DNA of 64,000 nucleotides from Octopus vulgaris (GCA_951406725.2 OX597822.1:50654001-50718000), one strand, 5' to 3'. Shown: positions 35,391-50,801, numbered from the stretch's first letter. Numbers and translations: made by a program. Notes: generated by a model not told the origin, from the letters alone.

Positions 35391-38300
35391 AGTCTCCAAA
35401 CACAAAGCACAAACCAACTACTTTATCATATTCATACCATCAACGGGGCTCAAATATTTACCGTGATTCTACAGTCACGTCTTTGGTAGAGCTTCACTAA
35501 GTTGGGGTCGTGTTATCTGCATACACTGCAAGAATATCAAATGCAAACATTTCTGCACAGAGTTTGATATTTATTTGCTAAAGCACTCTAAATCGGATGT
35601 GGAAATAAATGCGTCCAATCTTTATATGAATTGGTTTAATGTTTAACAATAGAACTGCAAGTAAAAGAAAATGTTTACGTTACAGTTACAATCATAACCG
35701 CAATCGTTTGGAAATATCTATAATATTTATGGTATTAAATATATTAAGGTCATCTATAAGCGACGATGATGATAATAATATAATAATAGTAATAATAATA
35801 CTAATCGTTAATCAATGTGAATTAATAAGATAACAATGTGTTAATACGGTAATAGCTTGAGGGTTAGTAAAGGTGATGAATTAGACAAAATTTAGGAGAT
35901 AAGTGAAAATCATTCTAAACTTGATAAAGATGTGCTTTCTTTCTATATGCTATGTCATATTCAAGTGATTAAAATAGAGTTTCATGTTCCATTATAAAAC
36001 TCTAAACTTTATATATTTATTTATAAAAGACGGGGGTTGGGAAGTATATATGTTTCTGATATATATACCGGGTGTTATGATAGTGCTAACTACAATAATA
36101 GTAATAAAAATTATATTAAATATGATTTTAGTAATCGTAATTACAAAGATAAGGATGGCTACAGTAATTATCAAAAATGTAAAGAATATTAACATAATTT
36201 ATATGAGGGACTGTAGAGGGTTATCCCTATAGTGGTGAACATGTCCCTAGTTCAATTATGTCACATGTGTTTTATGCTAGCATGCAGCCACTTTTTCACT
36301 TTGTTTTTATTTACAAGCTGTTTTAGCGAAAGTATAGATGATGATTATATTCTAAGTCAATATACCAATAAACTTTTACGATAACTAGAGATTATTTACG
36401 ACTATTTTCTGCATTCATAAATATACATACTTTATATGAATAGAAGTGCATATTAATTTATATCCTAACGTATACAATTTAAGCGGTCAAGGATATGCTA
36501 TTTGTTGAGAAGTTCAGTTAGTATTGATGTATTTTGAAATTCGCTCAATAATTATGCTGCTCAAAAAATGGCCATATCTTAAATATTCGTAGTATATATT
36601 TCAAATGAAGTACCAATTCCTGGCATCAATATTGATGTTTCATATAGATCCTTTTTATATACAAATAAGAAACATATTTCATAAATCCGTAAATCGAAAA
36701 TTTGCAATATGGCCTCTTAAAATATAAAAGATAATACTTTGAAATATATATGTATACTTTGCAAGTATTAGAAATTAATGTTTTAAAGTTTAATATTCTC
36801 TCCAGACTAAATATCCTCGCCATTAAAAAAAAATCATTAATTTTATTCACTTTGGGAAAAAATCTATAGCTTTACACTTATCAAAGCTAATGCATGAATG
36901 AAACCTAATAATAACTAAAAAGCAAATTAGAATGCATTGAAACATTTTATGCTATACATACATATTTATCGTCGTAGTAAAAACTTTAATAAGATTGGAA
37001 GGTTCATAGAATCGAAGAAAACATATGTACATCATTGCAGAAGTCATATTTGGAAGGGAATTTTGTTCAAAAATACATATTTATGTATCTATATTATATG
37101 AATTATGTCACTAAATATGATTGGCCAAGAAAATAAATTATCAATATCTATGAGTAACCTATTTAGAATACAAACATATTGCAGTATGTACAAAATAAGT
37201 ATATGATGCAACTACATATATTATTGCAGTAAAACGTACATCATTGTTCTTTATTGTTATTAAGCAACTGTCGCTGTTGCATGTTCGCTCTCCCATTTGA
37301 CTTACAGTAATTGATATATTGAGGGAAAACAACCATTTACTTAGTTGCTTGAAATGTTTGAAAAGGCACCCCAAAGTGCTCCTACATTATATGTTAAATT
37401 AAATTAGTATATATCTACAGGCACCACATCTAAAAGAATATGGGGCGATCAGGGATTGATCCTACATATGTCCAATTAGTTTTTTGAGCTATGTCTAAAT
37501 TATGACATATATTAATAACCGATATTATGCACATAATTAAGTACCGTCTGATTACTTAAGTCGATGCAATTCACTTACACCCTCACCCCACATTACTTGT
37601 CATATCCCAATATTTGAAATCGATATTATGTACATAACTGAAACTAAGGATTTCGAAACTGATAAATAAATACGAAACGTTATCCAGTCACATTCCTATA
37701 CCCATCATATTGGAAATAATTTTAAATTAACAACTTAAACCCAATAATAACATAGAAAATAGTTTATTTTGTATTATATTACTGACAGCAAATAATTGAA
37801 ACTTAAACTGTAATTATGTTGGATGCGAACTGGCTTCAATTGTCAATAAAACTCTTGTAAAATTTTCAGCTGTCTCTCAGTTATTCGTCTTTATATATCT
37901 GCGTCTAATTCAGTCCTTCCTCTTTCATGCATTCTATCACTTTCTTTCACTTTACGTCATTGTTTAGCTTCACTGAACTCAACGTGCGCTGAAAACATTT
38001 CGAATTTAGAATTAATATTATAAATACTCACATTAATTAAATGACTTGAAGTGTAACAATTCCATACCTCAGATAAATTAAGTTCATTGGATTTAGATCA
38101 CGCACACTTTAGATATCAAATTAGGCAGTATATTCTGCATAACTCAATGTGTTCCCACAACGTTATCTTACGAGAAATAATCTCTTTCACAGGTATGAAA
38201 TCTGTGCCTCATATAGGAGAAAACATAATAAATGTATGTTGTGTTTGTGTGTAAGCAATTCCTGCACATTTGGACCAATGCTAAAAGCTATCCCCACCAT

Positions 38301-39929
38301 AACAATAACTGATTTCGGGTTTTATCTAAAGCTATGTAATCAAACTTTTATTCTTATTCCTTTTGGAACGGTAGTTTGACATATTAGCTGTGAAAAATCT
38401 GCTGAGAAACCAGATGTTAAAAATTTAAATGATTTGAAATTATTTCTACAATATTGCACACGTAGAATATAATATATACATCTGTTTTGTTCCAAGATTG
38501 GAACTGACTAAAATTGATAATATATACTTTAAATGAAAGAAAATCCTGTTATACAGAAAAAAAATTGTTCAGGAAAATGATCAAAATTTAAATTTTTCTA
38601 AAATTTATGTTGTTTCACAGAATATTGAGACTTCAAATGTTAGAAACTAGAATCGAAAAAAACAATTATTATTTGCATGTTGTTGCACCTTTTGAAAAAA
38701 TAATAATTTTAGCAATAAATTATTCTCCCCCTTCATTTTCTTTTCCTTTTCTCTTCCCCATTCCATTTTGAATCCTTTCTCTTCCTCTACATCATCATCC
38801 TTCTTCCATCATCCGCTTCCATTCTTCTCTCTCTTCTTTTACTTTCCTCTCTTCATCCTCCTTCTTTTCCTTTTCTGTTCGTCATTCTATCATTCACTTC
38901 ATTCCATGTTGCCTCTTCGAATAGATCATTATCCTTCTTCCTGGGCATACATTTGCCTTATGTTTCTCCCCTCCTTTTGTTCTTTTCTCCTTCACTTCAT
39001 TATACTTATATTTTCGTCCTTAATCCCAGCAAATGATTCTACCTGTGCCTCTAAAAGAAATGATATAGTTCAGCCTCCTTTGTTAATAAAAGGGGACGAA
39101 GTGGTGGTTTCCACCCCACTTAAAAATAAGATTAAGATTTGTTTGCTAATGAGATGAGCATTTCGATAAGTGCAACAAACTGCCAATTAATTACTTTTTC
39201 GATTCTATTTTCTAACTTTTTAAGCCTCAACATTCTCTTAAACAATTTTTAGGAAAATTTCAAGTTTGAACATTTTGTTGAATATTTTATTTTCTGTAGA
39301 AGAGGAATTTCGCATTTAAATTTCTTGTTTTTTATGATTATATTACACAATTTATTTGGATTATCATTGAATCATGATTGCCACCGTTAGCTAATTTTCT
39401 GATTCACCCCCATGCCACTTTCAGGTGATTATTGGTTTCTATGAGGGAAAGGCCACCAAGGATTTTTAATTTTTATTGTATAATTAATTATCATTTAGGC
39501 CGGTTATTTTATTTCAATTATTTTTTTCAAAAAACGAAGCAGCAATGTTCATCATTTTGGAAGGAAAATTGGCATTATAAGAAGTGATTTTAGTGTCACT
39601 AATTTTATTCCATTTGTCAGCATAATTCTTTAAAATGCAAGTATATGTCCAAGATCGACTGTTTGTAATGTATGCATAACAGTAGCTCTTAATTTGAATT
39701 TTGTGCCAAAAATATTTTGCTTTTTGCCGCGTTCTATTATACAATCGTTTAACTTCAGTATAAGGTGCACGTACTAAAATTATCTCTACAAATATTCTAA
39801 AGCCAGCACTGATATTTATTACTACGTTTTGTATACTACGCTTCGTATACGAGATGGAAACAAACAACGGGATCAAAGATGAAAAGTGGGTAATGGGTGT
39901 ACGTGACATATATTGTAGTGTTGGAGTTC

Positions 39930-40510
39930 TCCCTTCATGAGCACCCATCTAACCCATTAATCATCCTGGAACACATTTCTAACATAGCCACTGTATATTG
40001 CAATGAATATTTAGGCGATATACCGAGTTACATATTAAACGCATTCCTGGAAGCTGGTACGTACCTACAAATGATTAATTTACATGTAATATATACGTTA
40101 ATTTCTACCTAACACACACCTTATTATTTAGCGTGCGACCACTCCTGACCTAGTAGACTTACGATGAAACATGTTTCAACTTGAACCATTCTGTATTTCT
40201 GATACTTTACGCCTAGTAATACGTCATCAAATGTGTCTTTTCTAAGAGATAGTAGGAAGTGATTTGAGGGCAATGTAGCTGCTACTTCTAAAAGTTCGAG
40301 AAAGCATGTTGTCTCACATAATAGCACCTGTGCCACCCTCTGTTCAAATTATGCCGGTTACCTCTGAGCGCAGTGAACAAAAGTACTAATTCGATGAATT
40401 AAAGAAAATCCGGACATAGTGTTGATTATATTTGACGTGGTGATGATCCCCGAAAGAGAATACAAGACATAACCAGAGAAGACATGATCCTGTGTTACAG
40501 TGTAATTTCT
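39930..40510 (-). pseudogene. Decayed EGF-repeat (MEGF/SCARF-like) exons
   Basis: Across stops and frameshifts: HCNTGSCL, GW..LCETTC...TF, LC*KCVPG*. GTAAGT...TTGTAG intron at 40162 to 40065. Confidence 0.35.
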
Positions 40511-40539
40511 CTAGTTTTGGTAGGTGTAGAGGAATATGC

Positions 40540-41065
40540 AGAATAGACAGGAAAGAAAGCATGTCTGGTAGTAAAGCATGTCTTGGAGATACAGGAGGAA
40601 GTCTAAGAGAGAAAGAGTGGAAGTTACAGCAGCGGTAGAAGGAAGAGTACAAGGGAGAAAGGCAAATGAAAAGACAAGGAAAGAAAGAGAAGACAGCGAT
40701 AGAGATGATAGACAGACAGATACAGGGAGACAGAGAGAAAGAGACAGGCAGACAGACAGAAAGATATATATAGGGAGACTAGAGGAATCAAAGATAAACA
40801 GGAGGATTGATACAGAATATACAGAAAGGGAAGGAGAATATGTTGGAAAGAGAGTGAAGAAGCATAGAAAGAGGAAGAGTGGAAGAGAGTAAAGTAAACA
40901 GAAGAGACAAAGGGAAAGACAGAAAGATAGAGAGACAGACAGACATAGAGAAAGACAGAGAGAGGAAAACAGACAGAAAGATCAATATTATATAGAGGGG
41001 ATGGGTAATAAAAAGGGGAGAAAAATAAGCACGAGAGAGAGAGAGAGAGAGAGAAGCGGGGGAGT
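40540..41065. repeat. Purine-rich degenerate (GA)/(GACA) tract
   Basis: Seen directly. Confidence 0.85.
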
Positions 41066-41155
41066 GGATAATTAAGAGTTAAAAAACTGAAATGTGAATA
41101 TGAAGAAGTTCTTCAGAAATTATGTTTAAAAGAGTTCATCATCATCATCATTATT

Positions 41156-41228
41156 ATTATTATTATTATTATTATCATTATTATCATTATTATTACTATT
41201 ATTATTATTGTTATTATTATTATTATTA

Positions 41229-41262
<34 letters not shown>

Positions 41263-41270
41263 CATCATCA

Positions 41271-41337
<67 letters not shown>
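41156..41337. repeat. (TAT/CAT)n microsatellite
   Basis: Seen directly. Confidence 0.95.
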
Positions 41338-43711
41338 GCTATTAAACGTATATGAAGCTACACACAGTACTTGTTGGGTCAGGCACTATACGTACTTAAC
41401 CCAGAAATTTAGATATTTCGAAATGCAAGTGTCTTTGGGGGCAAAGGATGGTGGTACACATTGAAAATAGGTTATATGCACAAAATAATGATATTTTAAT
41501 TTTGATTCGGCATACGGATGAAAGAATATAGTTATATTTACAGTGTTAACGAAGTTTAAGTATAACTATTCAACCAATCCATTGGGAGTAACGTTAAAAA
41601 TATATCAAACTATACATATCTTCCTATAGCCACACCGAAAAGAGTCAAATTAAATAATTATTTTATAAAAGCATTTAATATATCGAACCGATGTGGGCTG
41701 TTATATTTGAAACCTATGTTGCATTGCTACCACAAAAGAAACAACGGACCTTTATTCTAATCTTTCTCTACGACGCTATCACTTAATTGTAGTTGCATTC
41801 GATATTAGCGTAATTACAGAAAATTCAACATAATCAAACTTAGACATAATAGCTGATTTATTTTTCGTTAATCTGTAGATTTAATCAATTATTTCTTTGA
41901 TTTCAAGAACATAAACGCTTACAGTGATATCACAAACGTAGTATAAAAATAAAATGTAGCGTATAAAAATTATATACGTGCACAATAATGAAAACACTGT
42001 TTGAAACCTAGCATGCACTTCAATGTGTGATGTAAAAGGACATCTTAATGTGCTCGCGTGTCATTGATTCCATTAGATCAAACGATAAATCTGCTTGTTC
42101 AACTGTAATTTGATATACTTCTCTTTAATTAACAGAGTCTAGGAAATTATATGTGCGCGTATATGTCAATAAGAAGAATTAACATTATTTCTTTCATTTG
42201 ATACAAATGAGAGAAAGCGTGTTTAGGAATGTATTAAGGGATCTCCTTGATTTTATAGATATACAATTTACGTGAAACGATGACAAATGCAAAGAAAGAC
42301 AAAATATAATTCATAGAATAAAATGAGAAAACTCTTACTAGAACACAACATACGTACGTGCATACATACACATCTCACTGTCTTTCAATAACTGATAAAT
42401 ACTTTTACTTTTCTGTCGCTTACTCATATATACATGTTTGAATGTATGTGTGTATGTTCAAATATATGCACGTATGTATATACAAATACATGTATATATA
42501 TATATAAATGTGTATATGTGTGTATGTCTACATATATATTTATATACACAATTGTAATATATACATATACAACCCACACACATATATTCATATACCTGTA
42601 AAAGTATAAATACCGAGTACGTACATGTCTACACTATCATATATTTATGATGTATAACATATGTGTGTTTGCATCTATCTATTATTAAAATATACATTCT
42701 TATAATGAGCATGTATGAAGATCACTAAGTAACAGTTATATTTCCGATAAAGCCGATATAATTATTGTTACAAATCTTCAAGGGAACTGGCATTGGAAGT
42801 GACTGTTTCTAGCAATTTAACAGCGATTTCTATATGCAATAAGATTAATATATCTATGTCTAATGTGTGGGACGGAGAATAATCATACCTTTAATTTTAT
42901 GATATTTTAAAACGAATTGAAAATACAGATTGTAAGGCAGCAATTATCATAATTCTGTATATTAATGAATTTTAAACAATTTATTGACGTCTGAAACACC
43001 CGATAGAAACGACATATTATGTTCTGATCAAATGCGCCTCCCCTATTGTAGTCATATTGTTACATATTTATTAATTATACGTTCCCGTATTTCTTCCATC
43101 TGCCTATATATACTACCTATATTTTCTAAGCATCAGCCTGTTGCTATTTGCTTTCAAAATATGCACGTGTCGCGATCATGGCTTGGTCGGTGTAATATGG
43201 AGCTGACAAATGAAAATGTATTTTGTTGTTTACGTGAATAACTGAAGCACACTCGCGAACATTTAACTGAAATATATATATTGCAGTACATAAAGATATT
43301 TGTGTTGGTTATTTACAATAAACATCTTAAATATTCTATGAATAGTATAGAGAGAATAATAGCAGTGCATCCGTAAAATTTACTTTCCAGACAGTGTGTG
43401 ATTGTTAAGAATATATCTGTCGGAGAAACTAGAGTTGTCTGTGTAAATGTCCTGGTACCTCAAATGGCAGGAGTGGAAACGCGTGATATGGTCAGCCGCC
43501 TTTAACAGTCTGCAATCTACTGAGCTGAGGAAAAAATATGTCCACGCCACAACCTCATGCTGATTATTCAATTAATATACCGATCCCGGGGAAACTATGG
43601 CGATTTGCTCATGATGTCTCACCGATTACGTACCGGATGGGATTTCGAATCACCGCTGCATACGAATGTATTTCTGTACTTATATATGTATATAGTTGTG
43701 TAGGTGTGAGT

Positions 43712-43756
<45 letters not shown>

Positions 43757-43826
43757 TATACGCACACTTGTATGTATCTGTATAAATGTATGTGCTTATA
43801 TATATACTTGTACATATACGTGTATG

Positions 43827-43880
<54 letters not shown>

Positions 43881-44674
43881 CATAAGGGAAATTTATGATC
43901 ATATATTATTGCTGTTATTTCCATATAATATGTTAACAAAATTAGCGCTTTCAAATATTGTGTACCCATGAGAATTGAAATGTGTTTAACTGACAGTTGA
44001 TTTCTTGACAACTTAAGTACGTCTTAGAACGCTCCACACAGCTGAACCTTTAGAATACCTTTTTGATCTATCCGCATGCTCTTAAACATCACCGTTTGCC
44101 AGGCGTACCGGTATTCTGTAACTTGCTTATATTTATTAATATACATTATTAGCTGGTTATTACATTATTACTGTTATTTCCGTTCAGAACAGGTTTGAAC
44201 GTTTTAAAATAGAAATATTATTCAAAAGTCAGAGTGCATTTCTAATTCAATGGGTGCATATAGAATATTATCTCCTGTATAATATATACGCAAATTTACA
44301 TGTTGTTTCAAATGATATAACATTTATGGTTTTATCTATTTCACATTCCTGAGTTAATGCTCTAAATTCACAGTTCAGATAAATCGATCGGCGTTTCCTG
44401 TGGAGACTGAGCATGATTTGGCCTCATACCAAAACTACAATTAGATACTGTATGATCATAATAGTTATTTTTGTACCTTATAAACTTCCTACATTGAAAC
44501 AATAAATTTGATTGATCTATTGTTTCATATTAAAATGAAAGTTTTGAAAATTATACATTACTATTTAATTCGATATCAACACGGAACTGTCAAATATCAC
44601 ATCAATGGTGAGACGGTAATTATTTTATGCTACTCATATATGGATACTCATACTTCTTGTAGTTGCATATTTTT

Positions 44675-45287
44675 AATTCTTTTATTTGTTTCAGTCATTT
44701 GACTGCGGTCGTACTAGAGCACCTCCTTTAGTTGAACTAATCAACCCCAGGACTTATTCTTTGTAAGCCAAGTACGTATTGTGTAGGTCTCTTTTGCAGA
44801 ACAGCAACGTTACGGGGACATAAACACATCGTCATCGGTTGTGAAGCAGTGGTGGGGAGACAAACGCAGACACAGAAACCTACATACACACACGCACACA
44901 TGCAGACATTTATGTAATGTAAATGGTTACAAAAATCTAGGTATGTGACTTGTCACTAAATTTTGCATTTTTTCATTTGTCTTGCCCGCTTTACGTTCTG
45001 GCGTTTGCCGAAATATCTTGGGAACAAATTTTCTTCGTGTAAGACCATATGGGGGTCTACCTTTAGCATATTAGGAATCCACCTAGTGGTCATTCCCCTT
45101 GTATGTATGTATATATATACACAAAGGGCTTTTTCAGTTTCCGTCTACGAAATCCACTCAACAAGGATTTGGTCAGCCCGAGGCTTTAGTGGAAGACATT
45201 GGTCAAAGGTGACACGCAGTTGGACTGAACAAGAAATTATGTGGTTGATAAGCAAACTACTTAGCACACAGCCACACCTATGCCTTT
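44675..45287 (-). mobile_element. SINE type A split by a ~200-bp insertion (44910-45105)
   Basis: 3' half at 44675-44905, 5' half at 45120-45287. Insert TTTTCATTTGTC...TTTGCCGA...TTTAGCATA..TCCAC.TAGTG matches 555-697. Confidence 0.8.
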
Positions 45288-47618
45288 AAAAAGCCAATCT
45301 CGCGAGCTGTATGTTTGTATTTGAAAAATACATAAGAATATATTGCCATCTCTATACTAGCTATAAATTATACATATAGATGTTGTCGTTCCACCAACCC
45401 AAAGTAACTTGAAGTAAAAGTTCATATTTAAAATATAACCAAGCGGCAACAGCCTAATTTCACCGTTCCTTGATGCTTTATACAAAACAAGCAGTATAAT
45501 AAAATGACAAAATACTCCACATCGAAAGATTATCTTCATAAAGGACCAGTATAATTAAAGTGATAATAAATACTAAAGAATCGCACACCACCAGCTGAAG
45601 TGAAGAACGGCTTCATTCTACTAGGTAGCCCTACAAGTTTCCAAAAAATAATCAAAAGCGGTATCGTCACAAGAATGCGATGCCGTCGATCTTAGAAGCA
45701 TAGATATGCTCAAAAAGGGACAATATGTCAGTGAAAAACAAGTTCAGAGAGAAAGGATGAGAAAATATGGGAATATTTATCGATTTAATTTGTGTTCGTG
45801 AATATACTTATATAGATGCACAAACGAACATACACCAATGCATGAATATGTATAAATGTGTTAGTGAATATCTGCTTGTGTATACACGTTCGAATGTATT
45901 GATTAAGGAAACATCTTCCTACTGTACATCTTTATTTTGCGTTCAAGCCATATAATTCGTTTAATTATGTTGCTGCATACATATCCTGTTGTATTTGATG
46001 TATTTGATGTTATGCATTCATAAGTATTTCAAGAAATACTTGATAATACAATAAGCTCAAAGAATCGGAAATCAGCGAGGAAAACTGGAACTGATTATGT
46101 GCAGGTTGAATATAATCAAACAATTGTTGTTTCTTTACAAAGAGAAGATAATTTGATTGATTGAGGAGAAATGAATCGCCAAACAATTTAATACGTATTA
46201 GTGGTAAATTATATTAAATAAGAAAGAATGCATTAATATGGGTAGGTATTACATTAGATATCACAATAAAATAATTAAAGGTTTCTAAGTGGAAAGTAAA
46301 ATTGAGCTTAAACATTGATTATCCCTCAAGGTTTAATGGAATAGTTTCTGACATAGCAATACAGACCATTCTTATATAATAAGAAAAGAAAAAGAACCTT
46401 ATACATTATTAAGTATTATAAATATTTCATAACTTTTTGCATTCAAGACAACTACATGCCATGCTAAAATATTGAATAATAATTTTCCAAATAAAATGCC
46501 TAAGTATTTGTAGATACACGCGCACCTCCCTTCAGAGACTTTTTGCAAAATAAATGAATGGGTTTTGTCTTAGTCATATTCTTAGCTACTATACAGAATC
46601 TAATCAAGCTCGTTGCTGAAGATTTCTGTTAATTAGACGTATGCCTCTAGCAGTCTCCAGTAGCGAAATAGAGCCCCTAGGTCTACTTAATGTAAGTAAT
46701 CCCAATGTATTTCATTCGATGAATAAATTTTGAGTGCGGTTCGCAGGATTATAAATATTTTACCGTGTGTATATATAGAAAATAACAATGAATATGTAGA
46801 TTAGTACATCTTCACTTTTTATTTTTATTTCTATAGTCAGTTATACAGAAAATTTAGTTTGAATGTGTCCGACGCACGTTTCTGCTGTATAGACATCTCC
46901 CAATTGCATATGCACCGGTTGCTTTCGAATGGTTATGAATCTATGCAACTTCTATATTAAATATTGTGTTTCTATCCCTAAGGGACCAGATAATCACACT
47001 TAAACACGTACTATACATTTTCCTTAAATGAAACTAAATGATTTGCCAGTCTAACCGTGAAATTTATCGGCAATACCCAATATAAAGGTACAAAATTCCA
47101 CTTGATATAACCCTACACCTGATTAATATAATTTTCCTCGAACACAGAATATTTAAGAAGAACGTTTTTTTCTTGCCACAGCTGCAAATACTTTTACCTC
47201 CACTATATTTGCTTCTGTTAATCGGACTGAATTAGATAACTTCTTTGTTTCTCTAGCTACAGGACTATTAGTGTTTACCTTTCGATTTTAGCTTCGAATT
47301 TCTGCGTTCTTCTGTCTAGCGTTTATTGCAACTGGTACAGCTGCTTTTGGATTACTACTTGCCTGTAATTTTGGTGTGCGTTTTCCAGTCATTTAAATCC
47401 AATATTCAAAATCTCCCCAATTTGACTACCTGTATTTTTGGCTCTGTGTGAGTAGATTTTATCATTAGTAGTAGTATTATTTCTATTAACTTCTTTGCTG
47501 CAGTCATTTTTGTTCTGGAATTCAGTTATTTTCCTAGCGCAATGAGTATACCGCTATAATTTGTGCTATGTTTTTGGAGAAAGCCAAACAAATAGTGCGT
47601 CTGTTAAAAATTCTATTA

Positions 47619-48588
47619 CATAGGGCAACAGAAACTTTTGCCATGCTATTTAAACATTTTCAGCTGATTTAGGGTAATTTTAGGTTGATAAATCCGAATC
47701 TGAAATCAGTTTTCATACATCAAGTGTAGGTTTTAAGTTATTCACAGCATCAGATTTTCCAACCAATTGATAATATTGACAAAGTATTAGCGATTTTTTT
47801 CGATTTTCATTCATATACACATCGGTGGTGCAAAAGTAAGTGCTGATAGAGGGAAATGTAGGCTACCCGTTAAATTGCCTCTCAAGATGTGAATTTATTT
47901 TACATTGTTATCACTGTATTTATAGTAAAGTTCTCCTCAGTGTAGGCTATTGATATTATGTTAGAGTAAGCCACTGAACCTTTTTCTGATAACTGCTGGT
48001 GCTGTTAAAACAAAGTAACTCAAATAAGAGAACCAGGTTATATGAAAAGTAGTTTAGTAGTAAGTTTAGTTATTTACTAAAGTGATCAATGTTTGAAATT
48101 TAGAGATGAAAAACTTGTTTCGTGACAGCCATAGCTTCAGTACATTCTATTATAATTTGAATGAATTTTTTTTCTAGAAAACTATTTTGATGTTTTACAG
48201 TAAAATTTGATTAATTGTATATTTTAGTTTACTGACAGGCTTCTTTGAGTGTTGATTTAGGTTATTACTGTATGTATTTATAATGAGCAGGAAACGTTGT
48301 GTTAATCATGCGAACAGCTTTTTGTACGTGTGTGGAAAATGTACAAGTTTTTGAGTTACTTGTCCACCTAGTTATTATTGTTCTTATATCGAATTATGGT
48401 AATCTATGCTTAACGTAACATTCAATTCCTTTGTCTTGAATTTTCACATCATTGTAATTTTGATAGCAGGATAATAATGATAAACCATGACGTGCTTGAG
48501 CAAATATGATTGCAGACTCGGAATCAACGATCCTAAATTAGCTATGAACCCCATTTCGTCTGAATAGCAAAACGTTTGTTGCCAAGTG
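47619..48588 (+). mobile_element. Chapaev3 (CMC) internally deleted DNA transposon
   Basis: Ends CATAGGGCAACA / TGTTGCCAAGTG, 3-bp TTA TSD on both sides, transposase start MSRKRCVNHANSFLYVCGK at ~48283. Confidence 0.85.
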
Positions 48589-48749
48589 TTATAGTAGTTC
48601 GATTTTGGAAAATACCTAACTAAAGCGGTGCTAAAATTCCGCCGGGTTATTAGTAGCTATTTGCCTACCGAATACTGCATTATATCCCAATGTAGCCCTC
48701 TACTTATTTCTTCTTTTGTGGAGGTCACTATTATTATTGAGAGTTTGTC

Positions 48750-48930
48750 TAAGTCTGTGAACGTTCCGAGTTCAAATACCGCAGAGACCGAATTTACCTT
48801 CATGCTTTCGGGGTCGATTAAATGAGTATCAGTTATGCACTGGGGTCGACGTACTCTAGACGTACTCTACTTAATCTCTTAGTATGTCCTTCTTTGTCCC
48901 CTCTATGTTTAGCCCCTTGTGGACAATAAA
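48750..48930 (+). mobile_element. SINE type C, 5'-truncated
   Basis: GAGTTCAAAT B box, CTTTCGGGGTCGAT, ATGTTTAGCCCCTTGTGG tail as in 13517-13748. Confidence 0.85.
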
Positions 48931-49321
48931 TTAATATTTAATATGTAATATTTTCCCATTTGACAAAACATCCTCTCATTTGCTGAATATCTTGACATGC
49001 AGGACGAAATGATATTGACCATAAATTCAGTGATATTTTTGGAGTGAATACTGTCAAAATTTATCTACTTGAGCTTATTATTGGGTTAGTGGTGTGATTG
49101 ATATTCACCTGTACTCAAATCAACAGTTTCGTTAACAAAATTTACTTTAGTGTGTTCTATGTAAAAACAAATATACACACTTGAAAAAAAACATCAATAA
49201 CTTGTTCCTATATTTTTCTAAATTGGCATTGTTAATTGAACATTGTTAGATTTACTTTATGCGAACAGAGCGTCGTCTCTATATAATTCTCCTCTCATAA
49301 ATTCCCTACTTATACAGAATA

Positions 49322-49368
<47 letters not shown>

Positions 49369-49518
49369 ACCGGTCGGCTGCATGAACAAAATCATTGATA
49401 ATTACACAAATATAGCGGCGTATATCATTAGGGGAACATTTGAATCTCTGAACAAAGAAGACCCCAATTGTTGGTAGACATAATAATAATAATAATGATA
49501 ATAATAATAATGATGATG

Positions 49519-49584
<66 letters not shown>

Positions 49585-49623
49585 GTAATAATAATAGTAA
49601 TAGTAGTAGTGGTAGTAGTAGTT

Positions 49624-50000
49624 ATGCTCTGATGCATTACCAGGCAGTGGATCTCATGGCTGCTCATTGGAAGTGTTATCATGTACTTTGTTTTGCCTTC
49701 GTATAAATGATGGACTACAGCAAATATTCTGATCAATAGCGGAGATTTGCTTGAGAGTTGTTTGGCCTGAACCAGTTGACCATGTGACTGAAAATATGTT
49801 TGGATAGGTTTGGATAATTCAACATCCTTAAACAATTCTTATTCGGGGTCCTTTTGAGTGGGATGGGCTACTCGACCACAAGAAAATTCCAATTGGGCCC
49901 CACCTGCAATGTTATGCGATGTTTATCTTGGTATGAGATCACCATGTTGCGCACATATGGTTGTGATGCATGAGCCTGGTGTACCCTTATCAGACGGGTA
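49624..50000 (+). mobile_element. Diverged, truncated copy of the ~580-bp TAA-associated element
   Basis: Reverse complement of ~15600-16080, flanked by (TAA)n. Confidence 0.85.
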
Positions 50001-50011
50001 ATAATAATGAT

Positions 50012-50076
<65 letters not shown>

Positions 50077-50129
50077 TAATAATAATAATAATAATAATAA
50101 TACCCGCTCTTCGCTCAATGTCTGAGGGA

Positions 50130-50782
50130 AATAAGTGATTTAAAAATAGGTGATTTAAAACCGGAAACGGAAGCTCTAATCTGTGCTGCCCAAGAGTAAT
50201 CACTAAGAAAAAAACTACATAAAAATATAGAATAGACAACACCTAAGAAAGTTATGTGTGCAAAATATGTTGACAAAATGGTGAAAAATTTGGTACGACA
50301 ACAAACCCGAAGGCATCATCGAAAATAAAAATGCAAAGTGCCTATGGGATTTTATAATTCAGTGCGACTATGAGATAGAAAATAGGAAACCACACATAGT
50401 CTTAATTGAGAAAAAAAAAACTATGATGGATCATAGATATAACGTGCCCAACTAACAACAAGGTGTGTGATAAGAAAGAAAGAAATGTCGAGAGATATGA
50501 GAAGTTAGCTTGGGAACTTAAGCAGTTGTAGTCGATGAAAAAGGTTGCAATAGTACCAATAATTATCGGAGGCCTGAGAAGAGTGAGCAAATATCTTGAG
50601 AAGTACGTGGAACAAACAGGGACTGCAATAAGGATGGAGCACGTGCAGAAAACAACACTTCTTGGAACGGCTCGAATACTCCGGAAGGTGCTCGAAAATT
50701 AAGAGGTGTTACTTTAGTTGACTGGTTGTGAAGAGCTGACAACGCAGTACATCTCCAGCGTTAGAAGCTGTGTAAAGGCAAT
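50130..50782 (+). mobile_element. Second R4/Dong-clade 3' fragment
   Basis: GDLKPETEALICAAQE, CKIC, RKPHIV, WIIDITCP, LLGTARILRKVLEN*. Followed by (ATG)n. Confidence 0.85.
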
Positions 50783-50801
50783 GGTGATGATGATGATGGT
50801 G

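Noticed and set aside
47155-47395. Minus-strand basic reading frame (MTGKRTPK...)
   Set aside because: Interrupted by a stop and has no identifiable motif.
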